Below, piece by piece: positions 11,139 through 23,269 of a stretch of DNA of 34,059 bases. The notes beneath the pieces are model-generated. The model was not told the origin of the DNA and made no database searches. It was given only the letters and a program-made list of their open reading frames with translations. Source of the DNA: Pelomyxa schiedti (Eukaryota > Protista > Evosea); the NCBI GenBank assembly GCA_020536535.1, contig JAHLWZ010000980.1:1-34059 (forward strand). The letters are read 5' to 3'. The position numbers and the translations under genes were made by a program. Each line of letters starts with the position of its first letter. The stretch's first letter is position 1.

Positions 11139-14106
11139 TCAAAAGTTCCCCACGACGTGTAACAGCTTATCAAATAGAGACTTGGAGGTGCCGGAAGTGA
11201 TTGGTGTAGTAGTGCTTGTGATGGGAGGGGGAGGGTGTTGTGCAGTTGCACCTTGGTCATTTCCCAGTACATACCTGGCCTTGTCTATGGTGTCCTGTAT
11301 ACTTTGTCTTATTGCAGTTTTTTGTATGGTATCTTGTACGTGACGGGTAGCTGCTGCCTGTATGTCTTGCAGATACATAGCAATGTCCTGCCCATAGAGG
11401 GTTATCATAAGGTATTGCCTGGCTTTCAGTGTGTCAGTCAGGGTCAGAATTCCAGATTCACCGATGCTGGTACCAAATAGTCCATTGCGTCGGACCAGGA
11501 GTTCAAAATCTGCAGCGGGTGTTGTTATGATTCGGGACATGGTCTGGAGAAACTCCTTTTTCTGGTCTGCAGTAAGCTGCGCAAATATAAGGTTCCTTGT
11601 TGCCCCGTTTGCAATGCTGATGTCCTTGGAATTCCTCAAGTTCTTATCACGCTCAATATTTGTGGTGTCTCTGAAAGAGAATGCTTCACCAGTGTCTATT
11701 TTCACAAAGTCGGCATAGTCAGTGCCGTTTTCGCTGCGGATTATATATCCGGCATTTTTGCCTGTTCCTCCAAGAAAGTCAGTGTCAGCAACAAATTTAG
11801 TAATGGCTGCAGCTCGCATAAATCCACGCAATGGGACTTGTTTTGTGCCTGAACATACGGTTGTGGGATTTGGTACAGATCCAGATGTTATTATAATATC
11901 AACAAATGCTTGTCCAATGTCATTATAACCATCCATCCACTTGGACATCAGGAATGTGGACTTGAAGCTGGGATCACCATTCGCAATACTTTTTGCCCAC
12001 TCATCATTTTTAGTAAACGGGTTCAGTACTGGAAGAGAGGCAAGTCGTGCCTTTGGGCCACAGACACCAAAGAACTGTAGCATATCTGACGAGATTTTTT
12101 CGTAAACTGCGTAGCGATGGCGATTCGAGACTTTCCCAAGCCAAAGTTTTCCTGTGAGGCAATTAATTTGGTTCTGTACAGTTTGATACCCTTATGATTC
12201 TTTGAACAGGTTGGAGTCTTCTCGAACATTGCCCCCGCAGAGGTTCCCCCTGGTTTTTTACCAACAGGCCGATACACTGGGGCTACATGCTTGCCTTGCC
12301 ACACATTATTAAGTAAGCTCAGAGGTGCAGGTACAGATTTAGAAATGAAGATTCCTGTTGTTGTTTGTACACTGGGAAAAACGAAGTGTTGGTAACCTGT
12401 TTGCATAGCACTATCACAAACATCTTTCAATATCCGGGCACACTCAATGTGGACAGAGACTGAAGTTTCAAGAGCTATCCGAAGTGCTTTATTTTCTAGC
12501 ATTAGTTTCGCGTTGTCCACCTCACTTGGATTGTTGTGTTGAGGGACTGTGACTTGAACTGCACTTTCCACACGAGTGAGTGTTGGAGTTAGTTCTGAAA
12601 CAAATACTTGATTAATTTTGAAATTACTGAAAATGAAAGAAATTCAGTACCAATTTTTTCCATTAAAACAGCTGGAACGTAGCCTTGCTTGTCTCTAAGA
12701 GTTACAAGTGCCCAACCCTTTGTGCTTGGTTTCAAGATTGTGACTTCGTCCCCCATGGCAAGGGACAGTTCACATGGCCTTCGGGCATTGTATGGGCATT
12801 TTGCTCTTCCCTTGTAAGGATACTAAAACTAATTAGAAGAAATCCTGAGTTTTTCCAGTATTACGGTAACAGTTTCAGTGTTCTTGGAGCCACCATGTTC
12901 AGAGGCATGCCCAACTGAATTCAAAGTGGAACCAAAAGTAGTACCTGTCTGGGATAGTGTTGTTGGTTGGTTTTGTGCTTCTGTTGTAGTACCACTGGCG
13001 GTTGCTGCATGTGAGGAAACGGGGGTTGTTGGGGGATCCTCAACTCTTTTGACATATGTAGATGGTATTCTTCCAATCTTGGATCCCAGCTGTGCTAACC
13101 ACCACCCATTACGAAGTGTATCATCCAAAATGTCAATCTCGTCATCTTTGCTAAATGACAATTCGTGGAGTCTTTCCGTTATGTAAGCATACGTAGCAAT
13201 GGCTCTGATTAGTAACTTTAGTGTAGGTGAACTAGTGGAAGTTGACGCACTTGAACTTCGAATTTTCAATGAAAGCAAGTATGTTGCGGGGTACAAGTCC
13301 ATTTCTGGTGAGATTGTAAAAGTACTCGCATGGCATTGCGAACCTACTTTCCAGAAGAAGATTGAGCCCTAGCCCAGCCATTGGGGAGTTGCTCCTGTAC
13401 TAGAATAATCTCTCCTTGTCTAAGGTAGAGGTTTGCTCTGATGAATAAGAAAAGGCACCAAAGTTAGGCACTGGGAAAAAGAGACAAACACTCACGGGTT
13501 CCTGCTGAGAAAGTCTTTGATAACCATTGCCCTCACAATTCCAGAAGGTAGCACTGAAACAGCTGGATTAGTTGTAGATGTGTCAATGGGATACGTGGAA
13601 GTCACCGCACCAGGAGTAGTGGCTGCTGGCTGTGATGTGGATGAGGGTGTAGGTGTAGGTGTAGGTGTAGGTGTAGGTGTAGGTGTAGGTGTAGGTGTAG
13701 GTGTAGGTGTAGGTGTAGGTGTAGGTGTAGGTGTAGGTGTAGGTTGCGATGTGGCTGCTGGAGCCTGTTCACAAGGGGCAGACTGAGGGGTGACAAAGGA
13801 TGCAGATAGAGGAACATAAATAGCGGTGGGGCTAGCAGGCTCCTGGATTCCTTGAGTAGTCACTTGTCGCTTTATCTCCTCCACATAAGTGGAGGGAAAC
13901 CAGCCCGATTTTCCAGTGTTGTTTTTACCAATTGACCACCCATCTAGGAAGTGCGACACCTACAATGGGGTTAGCCAAGCAAAGAATTAACCCAAAAGAG
14001 AAAGGAGTACCTCAATAATGTCACCTGGAACCAAAGGCAATGCTCCCTCGTCCGACGTGTCCCATCGATGTAACACTCTGGCTCTCAAAATCGGTGCTGT
14101 CGCCAT
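11139..14106 (-). CDS. Four SH3 domains + (PT)n linker + C-terminal atypical kinase-like domain (PI3/4-kinase/HipA-like fold)
   Basis: SH3-1: [14 protein letters not shown]|..[15 protein letters not shown]3-2: [24 protein letters not shown]3-3: [33 protein letters not shown]3-4: [30 protein letters not shown]. Canonical introns 12595-12650 and 12152-12189 join these in frame to [17 protein letters not shown], FGVxxPKARL, [20 protein letters not shown] and VKIDTGEAF. Confidence 0.75.
13646..13744. repeat. Perfect hexanucleotide microsatellite (GGTGTA)16 encoding a Pro-Thr repeat on the minus strand
   Basis: Sixteen uninterrupted GGTGTA units plus GGT. Lies in the exon between SH3-1 and SH3-2. 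Confidence 0.95.
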
Positions 14107-14151
14107 CTTCTCGAACTTCTAGTTTTGGCGGAACTTGGAATTTTTTTTTGA

Positions 14152-17100
14152 TTAGGATTTCTTTGGGGATGAGCTGAACGAGAAAGTGGGTGTTTTTGGT
14201 TGAGGGGGTGGTGACGGCGACACAGAGAGCGTCGGGGTGGTTGACAGTGACGTGGGCGTGGTGGAGTGTGGTGAATATGAATGTTGTTGTGGGTGCATCA
14301 CTGCAGAACCCGAATGAGGAGAGGGGCGTATTGGGATGGGAACTGTGGGGGCTTTGGCTGGTGAGCTGGGTTGTTGTGGTGTTGGTTTGTGTGCAACTGG
14401 TGTGTTTGTTGTTGTTATTGATGGTGCCGTTGTTGCTGTAGTGGGGGTGATGTGATGCCTTTCTATTGGCGAAGCGGCAACAACGCCGCTTGAGGGGGGA
14501 GGGAGTGCTACTTCGGGTAATTGTGGGAGGGGTATTGCGTGTTGCTTGAGTGTTGTTTCAAGAACCTTGATTTGGTCCATGAGATTGGTTACTTCTTGTC
14601 CAAGGGTCTCAATGTTTGTATCTTGGGTGGAGTAAGTTCCTTCTTTGTTTCCGGATTTTGGAGACACACGCAATTGGAAGTTCTTGAGTAGAGTGTCCTC
14701 AAGACAGGCCTGCATCTTCGGCATGAGGTCCTCGGGAACACTGCTTGTGTTGGGAGGAGCTGCCGCACCAGTGGCCGCAACGCCACCGCGGAAAAGCATT
14801 CCCATTAGGCCGCTCTATATATTTGTATTGAGGATAGGTTGCAAGGTACTGGAATGTACCTTCTTTGCTCGGGCAATCCGCTCAGCTTCCATTGTAGCAG
14901 AACTGCACTCACTTGGTCTGTGTGAGGTAACATATTTATGAACCTTGTTTGTTAATGAGTGCCCTGAGTATTGTGGAGACATAAACGTACAGCATCTGTC
15001 TTCCAGTCTTTGAGTTCTTTTCGGAGGCTTACTAACTCAAGGTCCAATTTTTTACACTAGTGATAACTCAGAAATAACATAATAAAGGTTTTCACGAACC
15101 TTGACTTCGAGCATCGTCCTTTCCTCCTGCAACTGCCCAATTTGCATTCCCATGATGTCAATATCAGACTGCAGGGCAACATTCTCTGTCTTCGCAAGTG
15201 TTGGTTCGCGGCATTTGCATTTTCAATCATACCTTTTCAGAGTATAGCATGGACGGAGGTAATGGGGGTGTATTTACGGGGGCAGAGGATGTAAGAGGTG
15301 GACCAGATTGGCGAAGACTTGGGCTTGTACCTACAGAGTTTTAGAAGATCCATTAACATTACATCGTACCTGGCTTAACAGGTGGTGACGCTTGGCTTCT
15401 CAACTTGGCACACTCTGCTTTTAACTCCCGAATCTGTGATAATGTAAATACTTGAAAAGCAATATCCAGTAACTTACTGCTTGCTTTTCGCCCTTGCTTT
15501 GGACATCAAAATTGACTGTCATCTCTGTAATCTGTTGGTTGAGCTCTTCTTGTTTTGTTTCAAGGTCTTTCACCTTAAGTTCGTACGTGTTTGCGCCCTC
15601 TTTCTAAACAAAGGGTACTTATGGAGGCTAAGGTAGTGAGGTCGCACATACCAATTCCTCAATTTGTGAAAGTAGATCTTTCTTATCCGAGTTGAGGGTG
15701 TCAATCTGTGAATTGAGTGAGCTGATCTGAGATGCCTGCTGATCATTGGTGTCCTTTGAAGATTGTAAGTCCTTTTCATTTTGGGCCACTTGGTTATGCA
15801 GGTCAGCAATTTCCGCTTCCTAAAAAAAAATTATTTGGAAAACACAAAGAAACAAAATATAACTTGAGCAGAACACTTCTCAGTGAGTGCCGAAAAATCT
15901 GATTGAAGCTGAACAGTAAATAAGCGAATTGCGGTTGAAATAATCAACTACCTTCTCGAGAGTTTGGACAGTATCTTGGTGCTGCTGTTGTATAAGAAAG
16001 TAGTCTTTTTGCAGGTGATCAAATGTATCTATGGCAAATCAATACACAGTTGCATAGACCAGAAAATATTTACCCTTTGAGTCACTGTTTAATTTCTGCA
16101 GGGCAGTGGTGTCACGTTTGTATCGGGCAATTTCTGCATCACATATCTTCACACACTCCCGCTCAGTGGCAAGCTCTTGGGTAAGTGCAGAGTTAGATGA
16201 AGTGAGACTTGTATTTGCAGATGAAAGTTCTGTATTGGTTTGGTGTGCTTCTTCCAGTTCTTTGAGCACGTTTGTCAGATTATCACGGACGGTGTTCATT
16301 TGCTCAATCTTTGCATGTTATCAAAACACCCAATCAATTCAGGAATAAACCTTGGAAGTGAGGGTCTCCTGCAAGGAGGCAAGATGCTCTGCATTCTGTT
16401 TGTTTGTCAAGGTAAGTTGCTCATTTATTGCTTTTGCAGCTTGAAGTTTTTCTCCGAGGGATGTATTTTGTTGTTTCATTTGTTCCCTGAATGTGTATTA
16501 CAACAGTAAATTTTCATTTCGTACCTTTCTTTGTTATTTTCTTCTAGTGTGTGTTCCAGTGACTTTCTGTATTTATCAACAAGAACTTTCTCTGCATTGA
16601 TTTTTTCTTTTAGCTTTTCAATTTCGGTTTCTTTTGCTCTTTGTTGAGTAAGAAGGGTGCGTGCACAGAAACTAAACATACATAAGCTTTGATGACAATG
16701 CATCATACTGAGCTTTTCTTTCTTCGGCATCAGTCTACAATTTATTGAATTACTAGAGCCGACTTGTGCTTATACCTTGAAAGATTGTACTTGACTTTTC
16801 ATTCGTTCAATTTGAGAATTCAATTCAGTTTCCTTTTCAGAAGTGGGTTTGGATGTAGAAGACAAACCACTGTACTTTATTTTTAAAATCTTCTTGGAGC
16901 TTAACAATCTGACTTTGTTTGGCACGAATTTTTTCCTTCGATAATTAAGGAACACACATTGGGAATACTTTCTTACCTCCCCCGCAGCAAGTTTTGTGGT
17001 CATCTGTTCTATTGATTTGCTGTATGCTGTTTCACTTTCTTTGATTTCATTTTGCAAAGTAGAATTCTGTGAGGTAGTCAGCAGATCCAAGTTAAAGTAG

Positions 17101-18705
17101 GAGAAAAGGATCACTGATTTCTTCAGCTCAGTAAGTTCTTCACGTAAACTTTGCTGCAGCCACTCGTCTGAGGTTGTGGGTGTACTGGATTCTTTCTATT
17201 AGGGATGATTAAGCCATAAACTATACTATGTGTTTCATAGGTACCGGCTGGCTGGTAACTGTTATTTCTATGATGTGTCACCAAAAGAGGGGAAAAAAGA
17301 GGGGTACTAGTTAAACTGCTTGATACTGTTTCGGTGACCGTCTGTAGTTTCTTCTTATGGGCCTGCATTTCATTTTGGAATCACTTAAAGTAAATGCCAT
17401 ATGATTACCTCCAGCATTTCTTTGAGCTGAGTTTTTATTTCGTTCATTGGGGAGCCTAAAAGACCTCAATTAAGATGATAGGCAAAGGCCACTACCTGCA
17501 GAGCTGGTGGAGCTGGGTTCCGTATGGGAGGTGGAGTCAATTGATGCCCCAGAAACTGTTGATTCTTGGGGGACGGATGAGTCAGGGGGAGTTGGCAATC
17601 CAGGAAGAGATGGTTCAGGTACTTCAGGTAGTGAAAGTGGAACTTGGGCAGTAACTTCATGTTGAGGAGGTGCTGTTTGAGTCGTGTTTGCTGGAGTGGT
17701 ATCTGACGGTGGGGAGGTAGATTGCGTGGTATTAGTCTGTGAGTCCATTGATGGAAAAAGCAGCTTTTCCACATCCAAAAACAGGAGATCAATTTGCCTT
17801 GGATACTGTGAAAAGGGGCTATTGAATTTGGCATCTTACTCTGAAATAGAGCTGACAACAGACTCTAGTTGGGAGAATTAAATTGAGGAATTAATTTGTT
17901 TGTTTTTTTTCAAGAAAAAACCTTGTGATCCTTCCTTTTCTGGGGTGGGTTCAACTAGTTTCGGTTCTACAGGTTTTTCTGCAGAGGTTTGGTGTTGTAG
18001 CTGTTGTTGTTGTTGCTGAAGTTGTTGCTGTTGCTGTTCTAATAATTTCTTGAGTCTTTTTAATTCGTCATCTAATTGTGCATTTGACTCATAGAGAGAT
18101 TTCGCGTTCTGCTTCATGGCTTCTTGCTTTTTTGTTTTTTGTGGGAAGTACTGAAGATCGTGAGAAAAGTATATACCTGTGCCTGGTGTTCCTCCATTGC
18201 CTGAGCTAAGTTTCGCTGCAGCTGTTCATGCTCCTGTTGGAGTTGTGCATATGCAGCGTCATCGTGAGAGTGCTGTGGTTGTTGTTTGGATTTCAGAAGT
18301 CCTCCAAACGAGGAGAGTGATGGTACAGCTGAAGCAGCCTTTATAAATGAGTGATATGAGATGGATTTTCCAAACCCTACTTTTGTGGCTGCTTCCTTTG
18401 CTCTTTTCAGCTCGTTTGTGAGATTCACCTCATTATCTCTTAATTTCTAAACATAAAATCAAAACTGTTAGTAGAATCCAGCAAGCAAAGTGGTGTACTC
18501 ACAGTAAGCTCTTTTGTTACCAAGCAAGAAAGAAGAAAAATATGAAACCTGGTCAGTCCCAAAAAGGAAAAAAGAATGACAAGGTAGTACCCTTTATGTT
18601 TCGTTTTTCTCTTTCTTCAGACTCATACTTGAACCTCTTAAGCTCAATCAACTCCGTGTTTAGCCGCACAAATTCAGCGGCACTGATGCCCTCCCCGTCC
18701 GTCAT
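14152..18705 (-). CDS. GRIPAP1: GRIP1-associated protein 1 (GRASP-1)-like long coiled-coil protein with a Pro/Thr-rich tail (many exons)
   Basis: N-terminus ISAAEFVRLNTELIELKRFKY resembles GRIPAP1 LSEEEFQRMQAQLLELRTNNY. C-terminal MPKMQACLEDTLLKNFQLR..NIETLGQEVTNL resembles NKKLQNMLEEQLTKNMHL..DMEVLSQEIVRL (both compared from memory). Heptad-rich exons lie in between. Confidence 0.7.
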
Positions 18706-18985
18706 TATGGGTCTTGTTCCTCACTCGATGTCCCACAATGTTGCGCGCGTGACAGTGGTGTTGCGGCTCCTCGTCGGCGAAAAACGCTCAGATTTGATTG
18801 TGAGAGAGTTCCACTTGTTTTTCACTTTTTTCACAACTTGCTTTCTCTCCAAATTCCACCCTTGTTGCCTCAGTTGTAACACTGTGCACCGCTATGACAA
18901 TAATAAGCGAGTAACGAACAAGGAGGCTATCAATGAAGCCCAGGTTCACGGAACACTTTTAGAGATAGAATAGAGAGTAAGTAAC

Positions 18986-19879
18986 ATGGGGTGTTGCTCT
19001 AGCAGCCAAGACGAACAGCGCCCGCTCCTCGTCGGCGAAGAAGCTGAAAAGCCAAAAGCGAAACCAACCCAGGCCACTACACCTTCCTCTGCATCGTCGG
19101 ACGAGCCACGCTCTAGATCACCCGAACGCGACGCCGCCGCTACCGCTGCTGCAAGTGCAACAAACGCCGCGTCGTCGCCGTCCTCGCGTGGTGGGGAGAT
19201 CTCGTCCGATGGCGCCGCCACCGGAAACGACGCCAACAACGCGGCGGGGGCCGCCGAGGCCGGCGCGGGGGAGAGCGATGGGCGCGGGGGCAAGGGCGAC
19301 GTGAGCGGGGGAGGGGGGATTATGGGAGCACTGCAGGGGGTTGGCGTGTGCGGGGCCGGTGCATCGGGGAACGACGGGGGAAACGCGGACGACGGTGGGG
19401 CCGCGCAGGAGGCCCTAGAGAAGATCGTCGAGACGACCGAGAACCAGTTTGTGAACGCAGCACACTCGAAACAGCACATTATTTCTGGCAGGGAGTCAGA
19501 GTACAGGTCAAATGTATGATTGTAGCTTATGGGTTGGTTGCGCCCGGGGCTTTCCTTTTCGGTTGTTCTTGTTGCTTGTGCTTTTTTTTTTAAATCCTAT
19601 TTGTTTTCATCCCAAACAAAACTAATTATTATCATATGCGGCTAGAAATATGCTAGTGTTGTGGCACGGCATACTCTGCCGGCATCGATATTGTATGACT
19701 TGGGGCTTGCTGCGCCCACGATGACATCAACCGGGCTCACGCAGTCATCCCTTGCACAAATTCTTGAACCCAAACCTGATGCGGAAACACTCAACGCCAT
19801 CACCCGTGACTTGGAGATCAGCATCCGCAATTGCGGCCCGTTGGTCTGCACACTTACTCCATCAGTCTGTGATAGCTAA
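18986..19879 (+). CDS. LAMTOR1: Ragulator subunit LAMTOR1/p18-like (2 exons; intron 19514-19645)
   Basis: MGCC myristoylation/palmitoylation start and an acidic dileucine motif DEQRPLL. Central ALEKIVETTENQFVN..EY helix and C-terminal LEISIRNCGPLVCTL match the LAMTOR1 layout. Confidence 0.72.
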
Positions 19880-20105
19880 GTATCCATCCTGGTGTTTGTA
19901 TAATAGTTCCACAACCACAGAACCCCCCAATCCCCATCACCCATCAATCAATATCAAAAAACCTGTTTTCTTGAAAGAGAATCGCCCTGATTTTGACCCG
20001 GCACGAGTGTGATGTGACCTAGACCCAACCACCCCTTTATGATCAACCAAACCAATGCCCCCAAGTGGAACCCCCCAAAAAACCTAAGAGCCGACCACGT
20101 CACCG

Positions 20106-23100
20106 ATGTCAACACAGAGTAGCATCGTCGCGTCGCCGTGCGCAACCACAGCCGCCGCCGCACCAGCAGCCGTCTTTGATGTGGCTGCTCAGCCCGTCGA
20201 CATGGAGTGCCCGGTGTGCTGGTGCCTCCTGGACCAACCCGTCACCTTCGTGTCCCCTAGTGCAACCACCCCCGCTACAACCACAACCACCAGCACCAGC
20301 AGCAGCGAGGTCGGTGACTGCGGGGAGGGGGGAACAGTGGGATCATCATCATCATCGCCATCGTCGACATGCGGGCACAGCGTGTGTCGGAGGGATGCGG
20401 AGCGGCTGTGGGCATCGGCGAGGGCGTGGGCCCGCGCCCCTGTGGGTGCTGTGCGTGATGTCCCGCCCCTGGACGAGGTAACTCACACTCCATGCAACAA
20501 GGCGATGTAATTAATAACCAGGGACAAATCGGCCAGAGTGCTGCTGCTTTAAAACCCGGTGGTAACGTGATATATGTGAAGTGCCCTGCTTGCGGTATTG
20601 CGAATCAAGTGTGCAATGGTGGGGATGAAACCGAAATCACGCTTCCCTTCAAGGTTCACTCCTGCACTCCCATAACTTCGGTGATCTGATTCCAACGCAG
20701 GTAAATGAGCCCCTGTTGAAGCCCATCAGTGTTCTTCGTGATCAGGCTCTTACTCCGGCCGAATGCCATGCATGCAAAGACAAGGCCACGTGGCGATGCA
20801 ATTGCGCAGCTCACACCAATCAACAAAATGCATGGTTTGTCTGTGATGACTGCATTGTATCCTCCAAGAAGATACATATGAAGGTGCTCAATATGAAAGC
20901 TGAACTGGGGAAACTTTGTGAGGAGGCCTGTGTTGATTCTGAGTGCCCAAAATCTGAGGCCGGCTGCACAGCGATTTTCCCATCTGGTGAACAGGTTCCA
21001 ACATCCTCTCCCTCGTCCGTACATACTATGCTGCTGATGAGGGACAACAATATGTGCTTGGTTCACAGTGAGCCTTTAAAGTGGTATTGTGTTGATTGTC
21101 AGGAATCAGTCTGCTGTTCATGCTTGTGTTATGGTATTTTTGTTCTCTTCCCGTTTTTGGTTCGTACTCAAGACATCCAGGACCTCACAAAAGCTCACCA
21201 AGTGGGCAGCAGCACAAGAACGTGCCAGTTGAAGATTCGGCACATGAGAAAGTGAAAGAGCTGCAGTCTCTTTCAGAGAGATTGGAATCACAAGTCCTTC
21301 TTTCCAAGTCAACAATCGATGTAGTCCAGAAATCTGAAGTTATCCTCTATACGGTACGAGTATCTATATTTCTGTATTACTAAATCCACTCATAGAGTGC
21401 GAAGCAAGCTATCTCAGAAATCGCTGGCACCCGAGAGAAGGCCATTTATCTTATCAATCAACACTCTGAATATCTCATAAATAAGGTCACGGAGGCTTCT
21501 CTCTCAAAGGGTTGGCATCATTCTTCATTTTAGTATCTAAATATTTTTGTAAAAAGGTAGTCAACTTGAGAAGCAGAAAACATTACTGGGGTGTCACCTT
21601 CAAGCCCTCGAGGAGGAGCAAAAAAATCTAGGGAGGATTCTCAAATCATCAGATAACCTCAAGGTCCTGAGACTCTTTCAAAGGTTGAGGTCAACGGCGC
21701 TTGACCTGCTAAGTTCACCAATTGTTGTTGCGGAGCCCTGCCTGGTTCCCGCGGTTGAATTTGTGCCAAATCTCCCTGAGCAGTTCTTCATCCTGTGCAA
21801 TAACTTTGGTTACATCCTTCCTGGTTTGCCTTGTTCTATTTGATGTTATTGATTAACTACCGCTAGTGGTACCGACTGATTTCCACTGGAAGCTTGGTAA
21901 TTCCAGTGAGGACAATGTGGCTGAAATAAACTCCAGACTCATAAAGCTCCCTATCTCTGTGTCATTGTTGAAGAACCCAAAGTGCACTCCAGACCTGGGA
22001 GTTTCTGGGAAACCCGCGCCGACTGCCGAATTACCCAGAGGAACTATCGCAACAAGCAAACCGTTCACCAAGCAAGAAGAGGAGACATCCACACCAATGA
22101 CAGTCGAAGTATGGGAGGAACATCTAAGAGGAACAAGAGTTCTCGCAACATCACAATATCCAGAAAACTGCCATGACTTATGTGAGGTTTCCTGCTGTTT
22201 GGACGACTGCAAGGGAAATGTCGACACGGTTGCAAAGAGGTGGAATTTGGAGCTTACTCCCAAGAAAGTAGGAGATTTCTGGATGAACATTCTGTATGGA
22301 AACAAACCAGTCAACAGTAAACCAATTAGACTTTCAATTTCTGAAGGTATCTTTCCTCCTGCATTACGTAAAAACCAACACAAAAAGTCCCTCCCCCACC
22401 CCGCAACCTTAGGATTGAAAAAGTTACACCCAAGGGATTTAGTTTTACCTGTGACATTCAGCAGTCATCAGCCCCGCTTTTGATCTCTGTCGAAATGGCC
22501 GGGCATACAGAAGATACCTCTGCTCCGCACTGGAAAGAAGTGCACCGCGGTGCCGGAATCACGTCTTCAATTGGTTCCGATGATGCTCAAGCCCCACTAT
22601 TGTTGTACCCAAACACCAAATACATGGTCAGGTGCTGTGTTTACGACCAACTTGGCCACAGTGACTGGGTGCTTGCTCCTTCACCTATCTGTGTTCCACT
22701 AGGTTAAGTCCCTGAACCTAATTCCATAAAAAAAAATCACTAAATCCACAAAAGCCCGGCTCACATGGGACCCTGCCTCATGCTTTCAGGTGGTTCTGAG
22801 TGACAGCAACTGCACCGCCACTTCAACTGATGCATTTACAGTGTGGACATCGCAGGAGATTACCACCGGCTCATTGGCCGTTGTCAACCTGAGGGTTATG
22901 TCCCGAAAGTCAACTTGCACTTCACCCTGTATTGGTGTGGCTGGGAAAAGCCTCACCGGCAAGGGCAAACCAACTGATTTCGTCTACAAGAGTGTAGGGT
23001 TCTGGGGATTCAACCTGGCTGTAGTTTTACCTGATAAGACCCGGCACAATGGGAAAGGGCAGCCACAAGACCCAAGGTACGGCTATGAAAACACACCCAC

Positions 23101-23269
23101 TGGGGCACTTGTTACAATGATAGTGGACATGACACAGAGCGCACAGTGCGGCACAATGAGGGTACTAGTTAATGGCTTGGACAGAGGCGTGTGTTGCACT
23201 GGCCTACCATCACCACTCAGGGTGGCCTTCACTGCTTGCTGCGGTGGCCACAGCATCAAGCTGGAGTAA
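20106..23269 (+). CDS. TRIM/RBCC-like E3 ligase: RING, two B-boxes, coiled coil, filamin-like repeat, FN3, SPRY/B30.2-like (multi-exon)
   Basis: RING: CPVC..CGHSVCRRD..CPAC, with insertions. B-box 1: CHAC..C.C..VCDDC..H. B-box 2: CLVH..YCVDCQESVCCSC..H..H. Helical exons at 21250-21800. Filamin-like end TPKKVGDFWMNILYGNKPVNSKPIRL. FN3: LYPNTKYMVRCCVYDQLGHSDW. SPRY-like: VTMIVDM..GTMRVLVNGLDRG..LPSPLR. Confidence 0.78.

Noticed and set aside
13230-13305. Apparent +1 frameshift at the end of SH3-2 (GLVPRNIL vs YPATYL frames)
   Set aside because: Resolved by a canonical ~46-nt intron (gtgcgt...ctaatcag) giving ENSKFKAIATYAY, so no frameshift is needed.
18946-19479. 177-aa antisense ORF opposite LAMTOR1 exon 1 (likewise 30331-31071 and 20065-20481)
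   Set aside because: Shadow ORFs expected in GC-rich coding sequence, with no recognisable motifs.
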